Origin: Octopus vulgaris
Lineage: Eukaryota
Length of the DNA: 64,000 bases
Assembly (NCBI GenBank): GCA_951406725.2
Contig: OX597817.1
Coordinates: forward strand, 5,084,001 to 5,148,000
Reading direction: 5' to 3'
The notes below the pieces were generated by a model, which saw only the letters and a list, made by a program, of their open reading frames with translations, did not search any database and had not been told where the DNA came from. The stretch's first letter is position 1. Each line of letters begins with the position of its first letter. The position numbers were made by a program, and so were the translations under genes. This document shows, one piece after another, positions 1-13,599 of the stretch.

Positions 1-60
<60 letters not shown>

Positions 61-94
61 CATTATCATCATCATCATCATCATCATCATCATT

Positions 95-137
<43 letters not shown>
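1..137. repeat. Compound microsatellite (TAT)n-(CAT)n-(TA)n
   Basis: Directly visible tandem repeats. Confidence 0.95.
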
Positions 138-141
<4 letters not shown>

Positions 142-424
142 CCCGAAATATTTAAATATGCATCATCGAAAATGATTAATATCACTGAGACTTGTATATT
201 GGTTTCACAACCCTGTTAAAATCCCAGATCTTGTCCCATATTTCATTTTCCATATTTTCCAAAATCTCAATTAACTGGCTTTATGGGAGTTACATACGCA
301 CTTATGCAAAGACAGGTACACAAAAATGCGTTAAAGCAATAAATAGAATTAGCATAAACAAATTTACATCTAAAAATGAGGTTGTCTCACGCAAGTCTAC
401 TTACTTATATATAATTTGTACTAA

Positions 425-487
425 ATATTCTTTTATTCTTTTAAACGTTTCAGCCCTGCGGTTGTTGCCATGCTGTGGCGATCTTTT
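425..487 (-). mobile_element. Isolated LINE/SINE 3' tail fragment
   Basis: Minus strand reads CAGCATGGC...GGGCTGAAAC followed by (AAAAGAAT)2, the same tail layout as SINE family A and the LINE ends at 41190 and 57190. Confidence 0.45.
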
Positions 488-1314
488 TCTTGTTTCACAA
501 TAGGCACATTTTGAAAAACAGAGATTCTACATCACAGAACAGCGTACATACATAAAAAAATACCATAAATGGAACACTGACAACACGCAATCGAATGCAA
601 CATACACACAAACACGCAAAGTCATACATCTCCCACGCAAACGTTGATGCAAACAGCTACATAAGCAGGCAATCATTTGTACAAGCAGGGAAGCTTAAAA
701 TTATTCAGAAACAAATGTTCACCCGCGAGCATAAAATCACTCACATAAACACACACAAGCAATCAGCCACATACATATCCAGATGTACAAATGAACAGAA
801 CAAACACACACAAAGGCACTAGCACACACACAAAGAAACATACGAGAGAGACATACGTGTAGATATGGAACACGCATATCTGATTAACCAGCATTAATAA
901 AAACAAGATTTCAATATGTTTTATTTTAGATTTTCCACACCCGTCTCAATATGAGTTCCCAAAGTGCACCACACCCAAGTAATAGCAGGAAGAAAACACA
1001 AGATTTGTATAAATCCAAAGGCAATTCTGCTATCTATTTAAAGACACATGTCAAAGAAATCTACCTATGGCAAGAAGTAATAATACGGAAATCGTTAAGG
1101 AAATTACTGGAACGTGTGTTATATTAAAGATAAGGTTCAAAATGCGTAATTATTTAATTGGCTGGAAACACGCATATACGACAAACACACATATATGCAT
1201 GCGTATATAAATTTTATGAATGTATGTGTGCGTATGTATATGTATAACAGTGTATCTATCTATCTATCTATCTATCTATATATATACATACATATATATA
1301 TATATGTATGTGTG

Positions 1315-1370
<56 letters not shown>

Positions 1371-1407
1371 GTATGTATATAATGTGTATATATATATATA
1401 TATATAT

Positions 1408-1761
1408 GGACCACGGGCTATATGTCCCCTGCCCAATTCAAGATCACAACATACATGTACACTGCAACATAATTTCTTTTCCTCAACAGGCCCTGCCCTA
1501 TTTAACATTGTCCCGAGAGAGATCAAAGAGGAAAAGGATCCCATCAACTTTAAACAGAGTGTGGATAGATTCCTTCAAAGAATACCAGATAAGCTACCCA
1601 TAATTGGATACATCTCACCCAACAAGAACTCACTACTTGAACAAAACTTGACTTAAACAAAACTTGACTTAAACAGGATTCGAATAATCCTATCAGGTGG
1701 TGCTATTAAGTTAGACATGGCCTGGACCAATCTTTGGTCGAAACATATCTAAGTTTATCTA

Positions 1762-1766
<5 letters not shown>
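1408..1766 (+). mobile_element. 5'-truncated non-LTR retrotransposon (CR1/L2-group ORF2 C-terminus plus 3' UTR)
   Basis: Translates GPRAICPLP...[46 protein letters not shown]...NSLLE, matching the GP.LFN.LP...FK..LD.FL..IPD.P end of CR1/L2-group ORF2. It ends in a stem-loop and a (TATCTAAGTT)2 tail and sits inside (TA)n. Confidence 0.75.
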
Positions 1767-1826
<60 letters not shown>

Positions 1827-2439
1827 GTATGAATATGTATAGGTGCATATACATATAGACACCAACACGCACACACGAACATGTATATATATATAGATAT
1901 ATATCCATATATATGTGCGTATATTTATATATATACGCATGTATAGACATGCATGTTAATTGTAATTACATGGATCTAGATAGTTGTATCAAAACTACTT
2001 TTTGTACATTTCATGTATAGAGATTGCACAAATACGATGCACCTTTCACATAAACATTCTATCAGTTGAAATTAAATCTTTAACATTATTATTTTCGGAA
2101 ATTTGATTCCAAAATTTATTTATTTTTTATATTATATTTTTTGCCTTGTTACTTTTGCTCTTTCCGTACATGGACAGTGCGTGTGCTACTTTGGATATCA
2201 GCAATACAGTCTTACGTTTCTCTTCCGTGTTCTGCAGACGTAGATATTACTTTATCATAGACATCCATATCCATATCTGCCTACCAGAAAGTCAATTTGT
2301 CCAAAAATAAAATATACATACATACATATATACATATATACATACATTCATCATATATACATACATGCCTATATACACACAAACATACATACACATACTC
2401 TCATATTCACACACACAGAGGCAAACACATGAATATATA

Positions 2440-2850
2440 GGCGCAGGAGTGGCTGTTTGGTAAGTAGCTTGCTAACCAACCACATGGTTCCGGGTTCAGT
2501 CCCACTGCGTGTCATCTTGGGCAAGTGTCTTCTGCTATATCCCCGGGCCGACCAATGCCTTGTGATTGGATTTAGTAGACGGAAACTGAAAGAAGCCTGT
2601 CGTATATATGTATGTGTATGTATGTGTATGAGTTTGTGTGTCTGTGTTTGTACCACTAGCATTGCTTGACAGCCGATGCTGGTGTGTTTACGTCCCCGTC
2701 ACTTAGCGGTTCGGCAAAAGAGACCGATAGAATAAGTACTAGGCTTACAAAGAATAAGTCCCGGGGTCGAGTTGCTCGACTAAAGGCGGTGCTCCAGCAT
2801 GGCCGCAGTCAAAATGACTGAAACATGTAAAAGAGTAAAAGAGTAAAAGT
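2440..2850 (+). mobile_element. SINE family A, full length (tRNA-derived head, internal TA/TG microsatellite, (AAAAGAGT)n tail)
   Basis: A-box-like TGGCTGTTTGGTAAG, B-box-like GGTTCAGTCCC, CORE-like CTTGGGCAAGTGTCTT. About ten homologous copies occur in the window. Confidence 0.9.
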
Positions 2851-2859
2851 ATATGATTA

Positions 2860-4440
2860 AAGGAGCAATATTTAAAACAAGATTTGTAATTTTATAAATT
2901 GTCTTCTGCGTTGATCGGGGTACGCCAATTACCTGGTTACACTTCTAAATTTGAAAATTTACCGTGAATTATTCTTTAAATAGTGGGCAAAAGATTGTAC
3001 CTATATCCATCACCAAAACAACACTTCATACAGTCCATCCGAAATACGTCCTAGCATTCTGTGTTTTATGCAGAGTTTAACATGAAATCAGGTTTTCTTC
3101 TCGATCTGCACTTCGCCCTGATATTTTATGTTAATGCTGTATAAACATTTATTACAGATTATCTTTTCAAGTCGCGGCCGATTTCATTTTGTTCAAGGTG
3201 GTACTGTTCCTCGGATTTTTTATAACTGTTTTTCATTTATCCCGCTGCAGTTGTTAGTCTTTTTAGAAAGTCTTATTATTATCGACCTTCAAATCATTTC
3301 CAACATCATAATATGAGTGTGGTCATGCTAGGATCTGTTACTTCCTGGTCGTTCAATACTAGCTGTGGTTATTGTTACTGTGTTCGACATTTAGTTCTTC
3401 ACCATCTGTGACCGGGTGAGGTATCTTTTGAACACCATGGTTCAATTCTTGTAATGATGGCTGAGTAATCTTATTTGCTGATTACAATATTTGTAACTTG
3501 CGTGCTCCTAGGACCTATAATTACTATGATTTGTTCTTCTTTTTGTTTTTATAGATGTTCTGTACAGAACGGTTTTGTGTGTTTTTCTACCGTATGTGAG
3601 TAGCTGCATCGTTTACAATGTATGTTGACTATTAAGGTCTTTTTTCACAATACTATCTACACCGTTCTGGTATTTTATTGCAATCACACAAGATCAATAC
3701 ATGTGATTCCAGTCAACCTCATGTCACCAAATATTACATCTGAACTGATTACTTGCCATTATTGTACTACAAATGTGACATCATCATCGTTGTCTCTGCT
3801 AGAGGTCATCATTGTTGTCTCTGCTGGAAACCCTTGTATAGCGTCTTCGGTAATATTGCATAGCTTGATTACGAGTACGTGTGTCACATACTTTATATTT
3901 TGCTTTCTATGCTGGTCTCTGTTTTAACAATATCACAAAAAGTGTTATATGGCCCCCATTCTCCAAAGAAGGATATTTCACTTTAAAATCTAACAGAGTT
4001 GTCTCTGTCTCTCCTTTAGATGGAATAAGGATGTCTACTTTTCTCTTTTCACTAGCTTTCTGCTGCAAGTCCGGTGAACAAATACATTCCAAGCTTTCCA
4101 ACCTTCAGTAACATGTTGCATATTGAGGGCCTTTTCGTATTCGTCGTAACATCCGGAAAGATAGCTGCATGAATACTCTTGTTTTTATCGTTGCTGTCGT
4201 TGTAAACAGTAACTGTTAAGTTTATTGTTCTATTGGAATGCTGTTACGGTTTTTGTTTTCATCTAATAACGATGGTTTGCGTCTTCAGTGACATAGCTTT
4301 GCTATTTATACGTTGCTTTTGTGGTTATTTTGCTTTGTTGAATGTAATCTTTCTGAAATCAGAATCGGAGAAAAGATGCTGTATATCTACTTTAGTGTTT
4401 TACGGTAGAACAAATTCAAAATCATTTATTTAAAAACAGA
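2860..4440 (-). pseudogene. Decayed LINE ORF1 (gag-like, L1/Tx1-type zinc knuckle)
   Basis: One minus frame with sparse stops reads ...IHCKRCSYSHTVEKHTKPFC...IITRIEPWCSKDTSPGHRW*RTKC, resembling the P..C..C..GH....C knuckle. Boundaries are approximate. Confidence 0.35.
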
Positions 4441-4603
4441 TTTTGTTGTGTAATGACCCTAGAAGTAGACTTTCCAACACATTCAATAAATGTCCAAAAT
4501 GAAAACACTTTTAGTTATAATTGTAAAACATAAAGTGAAGCCAGAGAAAGACATTTTCCCTACTGTCATCTTGTCAGTAAAAAAAGGAATTAATAATAAT
4601 AAT

Positions 4604-4729
4604 GAAGGAGAAGAAGAAGAAGAAGAAGAAGAAGAAGAAGAAGAAGAAGAAGAAGAAGAAGAAGAAGAAGAAGAAGAAGAAGAAGAAGAAGAAGAAGAAG
4701 AAGAAGAAGAAGAAGAAGAAGAAGAAGAA

Positions 4730-4761
<32 letters not shown>
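4604..4761 (+). repeat. (GAA)n microsatellite
   Basis: About 50 near-perfect units; it explains the poly-E/K/L ORFs. Confidence 0.95.
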
Positions 4762-4765
4762 ATTA

Positions 4766-4972
4766 TTTCCACTATAGATACAAAGAGCCTGAAATTTTGG
4801 AGAAGGGGTTAATTGATTACATTGACGCTGCTTTCACTTGGTTCCAATTTTATCGATGTAGAAAGGATAAAAAGCAAAGTCGACATCGGAGGAATTTGAA
4901 CTGAAAGTGTACAGACGGACAAAATGGGACTAACTGTTTTGCCCGGCATGCTAACGATTCTGCAGCTTGCCG

Positions 4973-4975
<3 letters not shown>
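4766..4975 (-). mobile_element. SINE family B, diverged copy
   Basis: Reverse complement matches GGCGGC.AGCTGCAGAATCGTTAGCATGCCGGGC...GTTCAAATTCC.CCGA.GTCGACTTTGC. Confidence 0.75.
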
Positions 4976-5049
<74 letters not shown>

Positions 5050-5492
5050 TTCTGCTCAATACCACAGATTTGCTTGTCAGTTGTTTGACCTTAACCAGTT
5101 GAGCATGTCCCTTAGTGGCTGACGATATGTGCATCTCTGACCATGAGCAGAAGTAGTGGGGGAGCATCATAGCCATGTGTTGAGAGGAATTCTTTGGGGT
5201 TTGAATAATTCACCTCTGGAAACATGGGTGGTTCTTTCAACATCCTTAAACAACCCTTATTCAGGGACCGTTTGAGCGGGATGGGCTGCTCAACCTGAAG
5301 AAAATTATAACTGGGCCCCACCTGCAAGGTCATGTGCTGTTTCTCTTGATATGAGATCACCATGTCGCGCACATGGGGTTGTGATGCATGTGCCTGGTGT
5401 ACCTTTATCAGACGGGTAGTCATGATGGGTATATTGGGCTTCGTATATTTTACCCCAGTGTCACTTTGATGGCATGAACTGCTCTCTCACTC
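5050..5492 (+). mobile_element. About 440-bp interspersed element embedded in (AAT)n, probably a microsatellite-targeting retroelement
   Basis: Complex, GC-richer sequence flanked exactly by (AAT)n on both sides (4977-5049 and 5493 onward). No credible ORF. Strand is inferred. Confidence 0.5.
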
Positions 5493-5545
<53 letters not shown>

Positions 5546-5707
5546 CAACAACAACAACAACAACATCAAGAAGAAGAAGAAGAAGAAGAAGAAGAAGAAG
5601 AAGAAGAAGAAGAAGAAGAAGAAGAAGAAGAAGAAGAAGAAGAAGAAGAAGAAGAAGAAGAAGAAGAAGAAGAAGAAGAAGAAGAAGAAGAAGAAGAAGA
5701 AGAAGAA
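5493..5707 (+). repeat. Compound microsatellite (AAT)n-(AAC)n-(AAG)n
   Basis: Directly visible. Confidence 0.95.
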
Positions 5708-6030
5708 AATATACAAGCCTCTTAAGAAATAACCCGTCTATGGAAAATGATCAAGGTGAAGATAAGGGCAATCATCGTTGGGTCCTTGGGAACAGTATCA
5801 GAAGGTATCAAGAGGAATATAAAGGAAATTGGAATAGAGTTCTCAATAGAACTGCTACAAAAGTTTTGCCTCCTTGGCACGGCCAGAATAATCAGGAAAG
5901 TATCGGATATTTGCAAAGAACGGATAACATGGTACCGTATAATGCAGTAGCAAGCCCGCTACGCATGCAAGGCTCCAGGAGCTCTAATAAAAATGGGATA
6001 AAAAGAAATAATAATAATAATGATAATGAT
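5708..6030 (+). mobile_element. 3' end of R4/Dong-type (restriction-like endonuclease) non-LTR retrotransposon
   Basis: EITRLWKMIKVKIRAIIVGSLGTVSEGIKRNIKEIGIEFSIELLQKFCLLGTARIIRKVSDI matches the EI..LW.......PIVVGALG...LQK..LLGTARILRKVL C-terminus, followed by AATAAA and an (AAT)n tail. Confidence 0.8.
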
Positions 6031-6376
6031 ACTAGTAATAATAATCTCTTTTATCGGCCACAAGGGCCCGAGCCATGGAGGACAATATCGACGAACGGGT
6101 TACAGCACACAAAACAAAATGAGAAACAAAAACAGGTAGGATTTACATCGATCAAAGGGAGGTACGGCCGTATTAAGGGATATAACAGCGGATATATAAT
6201 AGAAAGTAGAGAAACAAATAAATAGTTAAATAAAAAAGAATAGGTAAATAGTATCCCCAATAGCTGGGTAGTCCACTTAGAATACTGCAGGATAAACCTC
6301 AGGCAAAATCCTCTAATTACTCTGCCATCCTCAAGACATGGAAAAGTGCCTTCATTCAGTTTATCTTCTGCTTAGC

Positions 6377-6415
6377 AACGACGGTGACGATGACGACGAC
6401 AACGACGACGACCAC

Positions 6416-6474
<59 letters not shown>

Positions 6475-6757
6475 CGACGACGACGGCGACGATGATGATG
6501 ACGATGATGATGATGACGATGATGATGCTGATGATGATTATGATGATGATGATGATGATGATGACGACGATGATGATGATGACGATGATGATGATGATGA
6601 CGATGATGATGATGATGATGATGATAATGATGATGACGATGATGACGATGATGACGACGACGACGATGATGATGATGATGACGATGATGATGATGATGAT
6701 GATGAAGACGACGACGATGATGATGATGATGACGACGATGATGATGACGACGACCAC

Positions 6758-6825
<68 letters not shown>

Positions 6826-6866
6826 CGACGATGATGATGACGACGACGATGACGATGGTGATGATG

Positions 6867-6898
<32 letters not shown>

Positions 6899-7029
6899 GA
6901 TGATGAAGACGACGACGATGATGATGATGATGACGACGATGATGATGACGACGACGACGATGATGATGATGATGATGATGATGACGACGACGATGACGAT
7001 GGTGATGATGATGATGATGGTGATGATGG

Positions 7030-7060
<31 letters not shown>
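6377..7060 (+). repeat. Long (GAT/GAC)n microsatellite
   Basis: About 680 bp of GAY triplets; source of the poly-D/M/H/I ORFs. Confidence 0.95.
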
Positions 7061-7423
7061 AAAGCACGATGGAAAATATGTGAGAGACGTGTAAAGTGAG
7101 AGAGTAAGCATCAACTGAGATAAATTTAAACGGAAGATATTCAATGTCGATGGAGGAAGATTACTGTTTATAGTCTATTTATTCCTTACTGTTTATAACC
7201 TAGTCCTTACTCTCATTAAACCCGTAACATGTTTCTAGTAACATGAAAATGGCCATCTGCTTGAGGTCGATGATTGCGATGTCTTTTGTTCATTGCAAAG
7301 CAGGAACCTCAATTATATTTGTTATATTTTCCTCGTATTCCATCACTACGGAATTGCATTCACAAAAAACTTCTATTCGCTTTGGAATATAAACATATAT
7401 CCTGAATTACCACCAGCCTTTTT

Positions 7424-7480
<57 letters not shown>

Positions 7481-8078
7481 ATCTTTCCGTCCTACGTTTA
7501 TTCTCCTCCGAGCGTTCACGGACAACCATTTTTCCTTATACACAACAAACCTTTCAATCACCCATCTTTATATAAACAGACATAAACATTTTACGAAAAA
7601 CTATTTTTTTTCACTCTTACAGACTCAAATTGAAATCACTCTCTCATTCTCTTTCTCTCAATCTATCTATCTATATATCTATCTGTATATCCCTTTCTCT
7701 ATCTCTTTATATATATCTCTCTCTCTCACACACACATACATATACACACATTGATTTCTTAGTCTATCTCTCTCAGTCATACTTTCCATATATCTCATAC
7801 ATATGTTGATGGAAGTAAGCCACCCATCACATTAACATATACTCTCATGATAAAGACATAGACTAACCAGTCAGTACAAAAGCTCGATTCAAGTGAGTTT
7901 AAAGCAAAGCTTATAAGGGAAAATGAGCCACATGGCGAGTTGGGGAGATTATTTTCCAGAAGACTAGTATTCTTGAAAACTGCATATAAACATTTGACAG
8001 ACAAATACCATTAGACTATCATCTGAAATTTTGTCTACTCTTTTATCTTTATCTTAGACACACATGCACACTTACTAA

Positions 8079-8130
<52 letters not shown>

Positions 8131-8174
8131 CGCATCGAAAGAAAGAGATTTGTATGTATGTATACATATATATG

Positions 8175-8217
<43 letters not shown>

Positions 8218-8252
8218 ACATACATACATACATACATACATACATACATACA

Positions 8253-8283
<31 letters not shown>

Positions 8284-8300
8284 TCAAAACTATTCATAGT

Positions 8301-8872
8301 TATTGGGTTGTCCGGGAAGTTCGTGTCGATATTTAAAGGAAAGAAAACGGTCAATAAATACCTGTCATTACATTTTTTAATCAACCAAATATGAACCATT
8401 TTGTTGCACAATGCGTCTCCATCTTTCCTATAACTTGAAAATACCCTCTTCCCAGAATTGAGGTGGTTTCATGGCAAAGAATTCATCAAGGTATCTTTTT
8501 GCGCCATCTTAGGAAATGAAATTTTTACTATTAAGACTATTCTGCAGAGATCTGAATAAGTGGAAATCCGAAGGAGCAATATCTGGTGAATATGGAGGGG
8601 GGGGGGTAACACATCCCAGCCGAGCTGCAGCAATTTTTGTCTGCTTCCCAAAGCATCAGTGCCTAAAATGAACTTTCTTATCTTCCGTTTTAAAGGGTTA
8701 CAGAATTAACACAGGTTATAGGAATATAGACCTTCTTCCACGAAAAGATAGCTTAAACTGTGCTCTAAATGGATGTGTAGTCAAATCCTATTTTATGAAC
8801 TCAACCATGTTCTAAAATAAATCGAAATGAAAGCTACTATAATTCGGCATGAACTTTCTGGACAACCTAATA
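8301..8872 (-). mobile_element. Internally deleted mariner (DD34D) transposon with both TIRs
   Basis: Left TA-TTGGGTTGTCCGGGAAGTTCGTGTCGA and right TCGGCATGAACTTTCTGGACAACCTAA-TA are about 27-bp inverted repeats bounded by TA. The minus strand encodes QKLLQLGWDVLP/PYSPDIAPSDFHLFRSLQNSL...FWEEGIFKL*ERWRRIVQQNGSYL, the mariner C-terminus, with a frameshift and stops. Confidence 0.92.
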
Positions 8873-9792
8873 TATATATGCTTATACATATTTACATATT
8901 GTACACATACATATATGAACACACACATACACTTATGCATCCATATATGTATGTATGTATGTGTGACCTTTAAACGCAAGATTTTTTAAAATTTATCTAC
9001 AAATTTATGTATCACACCTCTCTGTATAGAACATTTATTCCAGTATTTTACCTGACATAGCATATCTTATGGAACTGTACTTTTCAAAGCACAATAAATA
9101 TCAGCGAGAGACGAAGCATCGTCCTACTTTGGCCAAGCAAGTACAGCAGATGCAGTTTGGAATTATTTGTCTTTTTGAAAATCACGTACTCGCAGCCAGC
9201 TAAGTGCTCGGAGGTGAAGCCGCTCACATAGATACAAACAAATAAAACTAACACTATTTACGAAGAGCTTGCTTCATATTCTCTCCGGTTTCGTCTCTTT
9301 CTGATACTCAGTATAGATGCTTATCCATCTTTCCTATTCATATATATAATGCATTCGTTACACCCGTAATTACGTATGCAGTTTTGCTCCATTTACAAAT
9401 AAATACCTCTATACATATGCAATATGTATAGATACATCCACACACTCACCGGCGCACAAACACACACACACACAGAAGTATATATACAGATATGGTCAGC
9501 ATGATGTGAAGTTATTACTCCAATGGCTTAAAGGATTCAGCAACTGCTAAGGAGATTACCAAGCATTAAAATGGATGTGTTTGAATGAAGAGCGACAGAC
9601 ACATCAACACGGGAGTTTTCCAGTACAGTCTAGGTTTTGTATACTCAGCAGGCTAGAAATTCAAAGACTATAAAAGAGTTCTTTCAAATCCAACAGGACC
9701 CATCTGGGTTAACAAACGCAAGAACACTTTTACAAGTTGCACCAATATTTATTCTGTACAGTGAACGTCAAATAACCAGGCCGACGTCGTTG

Positions 9793-9815
9793 TCATCATC
9801 ATCATCAGCAGCAGT

Positions 9816-9896
<81 letters not shown>

Positions 9897-9915
9897 GTCG
9901 TCGTCGTCGTCGTCA
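9793..9915 (+). repeat. (TCA)n-(TCG)n microsatellite
   Basis: Directly visible; explains the poly-S ORF. Confidence 0.95.
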
Positions 9916-10697
9916 TTCCGAACGGAATCAAAGCCGCTTGGATATCGAAAACAACTGAATTTTACGTTCCTTTTATTTAGTGACTTCTATACGGGTGCCT
10001 TTCGGTTGTAAATTGCAAATAAGCCACCATATATATATATATAAGTATCCAGTGGTGATACTTTCATTTCTCCTTAGCCCTCAAGTTGTTAATGTTTATT
10101 TGAGTTGAGTCACTCCCTTCTAATTGCTACAGATCCGTAATGCATCTTACGGCTGTGCCGGTCACCTGTATGGTGAGGAATCTTACATTGGGAGTGGTAA
10201 CGACTAGGATAGCTGACTGCTTATTGTGATCATTCGTCTTTTGGTTTCCCCTCTTTTACAAACCCAGTGAACATACATATATTTCATATTTCAAAGAATT
10301 TCAAACAATAGATATGACCCAAGTTAAAAAGATTCTCAATAATGCGACTTCTCTGGTTGACATTTAGAGACCCCACACCAATAGAGGCCTTAACTCACAC
10401 ATTTTAGAGCTCCTTGTCCTCCATTTTTCAGGTGCAAAATCCTTTAATAGGTTACGAAAGACTGGAATTTAGGAATCTGCGCATAAAGATCAGTAGTATA
10501 GGATACATGTGTCAGGATTAGAATTTTTAGGGTGTGTAAAGAGGGAAATAACACTCATCTACAATTTTGATGAAATTTGAATGAGAGGTAATCCAATTCA
10601 TTTCAGAAAATATAACAGAAAAGTGTAATTCTTCAATTGCATGTAACATGGGCAACCCCGGGTACCTCTGTTAGTACATATATAACATATATGTATC

Positions 10698-10771
<74 letters not shown>

Positions 10772-11374
10772 AATATATTTGAGTGTGTGGGGAAGATAGA
10801 AAGACACGCACACACAAGTTTATGTATGTAGGCTTGTATTTATGTATCTATGTATATAATCATAAATTAAGCTAAACTATAAACACAACAAAACACTTGT
10901 TCAAGTACATTTGTGTTCCATTTGTTAGGTTATAAACCCCAGACATGCGATATTTGAATATCTGTCAACACACATGTAAACAACGATACATTTCGTTAGT
11001 ATTCCTCACATTAATTACCCAACATTCTACACATGCTATGTGTACGTATGTACGTATATGTATTGGTAGTTAAATGCAAATGTAAATATGAAGTTATGTA
11101 ATGGATATCTTATTTATATGTATGTTTGTGTGTAAAGAAGTAACAACATACATGTAAAGAAGTACTGATACAATTCGCAAGCGAAGACCAATTATTATCA
11201 TTTGGGACAATGCTTTCGGAATTTGTTTTAAGTACCCGTGTGGTCACGAGCAGACACGGCATCATTCACAAACCCTTGGATCAATGGAGGGAGAACTATT
11301 ACACAAACACATGAAAGCCACATAATTTATAAACCAGTAAATGATTAATACAATGCGGAGGTTGGGAGGGACTC

Positions 11375-11567
11375 GAAGAATCGCTACATTTTCTACCCCA
11401 GTTACAGCTTCAGGGGGACATTTATACCAGTTGCCAACAGTTCTGAATTTATAATGCCGACATATTAACTAATGAATATATTGGCCAACTGTGTTATATC
11501 TTGATTTATACTCTACTGGTACTAAAAAAGTTTAGATCCAGAGACTAAGTGGTGCAATATTTGAAGA
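11375..11567 (-). mobile_element. Short fragment of R4/Dong-type LINE, paralogous to 16973-17161
   Basis: Aligns by eye along its whole length with 16973-17161. Confidence 0.8.
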
Positions 11568-11597
11568 GAGACGGGGAGATGGGGAGGGAAGGGAAGA

Positions 11598-11603
11598 GAC
11601 GAC

Positions 11604-11647
<44 letters not shown>

Positions 11648-11816
11648 CGAGGATGACGTCGATGACGATGAAGACGATGACAATGAAGACGATGACGACG
11701 ATGATGATGATGATGCTGATGATGACGATGATGCTGCTGCTGATGATGATGATGATGATGATGATGATGACGTTGATGATGATGATGATGATGATAACGA
11801 TGACGACTACGATGAT
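11598..11816 (+). repeat. Degenerate (GAT)n microsatellite
   Basis: Directly visible. Confidence 0.9.
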
Positions 11817-12680
11817 ACTAGTTGCAACTTGATTTCGAGCAATGCCATTGACCACTGATCTCGGAAACATGAGCAGTGCGTAGGTGGGATTTTAGTCCTG
11901 CTGAGGCCCTTCACACGTTTGTAAAGGTGTGGGAATGACGGGCCCACATTACAGTAGGAGCTCATATGTTCCACCAACCCTGTTTGTACATGCCTACATC
12001 CAGTTATCGAATGTTTCATTGAATGTTTTGCTTTTACTGGTTATGACCCCGCAAAGTATGCAACACTTGCATCTATTCATGCAGAGATAACAAGATGCTA
12101 AGATATATTTATACACGTATTTATACCTACAGGCGTGTGAGAATGTGCATGTATTCATACAGGGTACCATAAGCGAGTTGACCACCCGCAGAATCATCCC
12201 AACATTCATTATATTCCTCGATTATAGTGCAAACTCCGTTTGCTTTCCGTAATTTTGTCTAAAAAGAATGTTTACATTTTTTTCAAACAATACTATTAAC
12301 AAAACTCATCGTGTAAGATTTTCAAACAAGGCGTCATTCTCCGACATTTTTCCAGTGCCAAACATCTTTTAACAAATTTCTCGATCATTTAGAATTCTGT
12401 AGTTAGCTACACCCAAACTTACACCCAAAAGCTTTTGTATAGAGCAAATCCAAGCCTTCAAACTGAGCTGTAAACTAGATTGTTTGTTTCAATTGTAAAC
12501 AGTGTTCATCCATATGCCGATCATGGTTCTTATACTTTCAGTCGCTTCCACCACCGTTGCTTTCAGTTGTCATCTTTCTCTCTGTTTTTCTCTTCATCGC
12601 TTCTCTCCCCATTTACAATATATATGCGTGTAAGAGAATACATACATATTTACATGCACCTATATGTGTATATATATATA

Positions 12681-13096
12681 TATTTCTTTACTACCCACAA
12701 GGGGCTAAACATAGAGGGGACAAACAAGGACAGACAAACGGATTAAGTCGACTACATCGACCCCAGTGCGTAACTGGTACTTAATTTATTGACCCCAGAG
12801 GATGAAAGGCAAAGTCGACCTCGGCGGAATTTGAATTCAGAACGTAACGACAGACGAAATACCCTATTTCTTTACTACCCACGAGGTGGCTAAACACAGA
12901 GAGGACAAACAAGGACATACAAACGGATTAAGTCGATTATATCGACCCCAGTACGTAACTGGTACTTAATTTATCGACCCCGAAAGGATGAAAGGCAAAG
13001 TCGACCTCGGCGGAATTTGAACTCAGAACGTGACGGCAGACGAAATACGGCTACGCATTTCGCCCGGCGTGCTAACGTTTCTGCCAGCTTGCCGCT
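12681..13096 (-). mobile_element. SINE family B, dimeric copy
   Basis: A full monomer (12865-13096) is followed on the minus strand by a 5'-truncated second monomer (12681-12863). Confidence 0.9.
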
Positions 13097-13097
13097 T

Positions 13098-13150
<53 letters not shown>

Positions 13151-13190
13151 TTGTGTGTGTATGTGTGTGTATATATGTATATACTCACAT

Positions 13191-13599
13191 ACTCTTTACT
13201 CTTTTACTCTTTTACTTGTTTCAGTCATTTGACTGCAGCCAAGCTGCAGCACCGCCTTTAGTCGATCAAATCGACCCCAGGACTTATTCTTTGTAAGCCT
13301 AGTATTTATTCTATCGGTCTTTTTTGCCGAACCGCTAAGTTACAGGGACATGAACACACCAGCATCGGTTGTCAAGCGATGTTGGGAGGACAAACACAGA
13401 CACACAAACACACACATATATATATATACATATACACAACAGGCTTCTTTCAGTTTCCGTCTACCAAATCCACTCACAAGACTTTGGTCGGCTCGAGGCT
13501 ATAGTAGAAGACACTTACCCAAAGTGCCACGCAGTGGAACTGAACCCGTAACCATGTGGTTGGTAAGCAAGCTACTTACAACACAGCCACTCCTGCGCC
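13191..13599 (-). mobile_element. SINE family A, full length
   Basis: Reverse complement of the 2440-2850 family. Confidence 0.9.

Noticed and set aside
4490-4904. Poly-Glu, poly-Lys and poly-Leu ORFs
   Set aside because: (GAA)n microsatellite running into a SINE; no domain or splice support.
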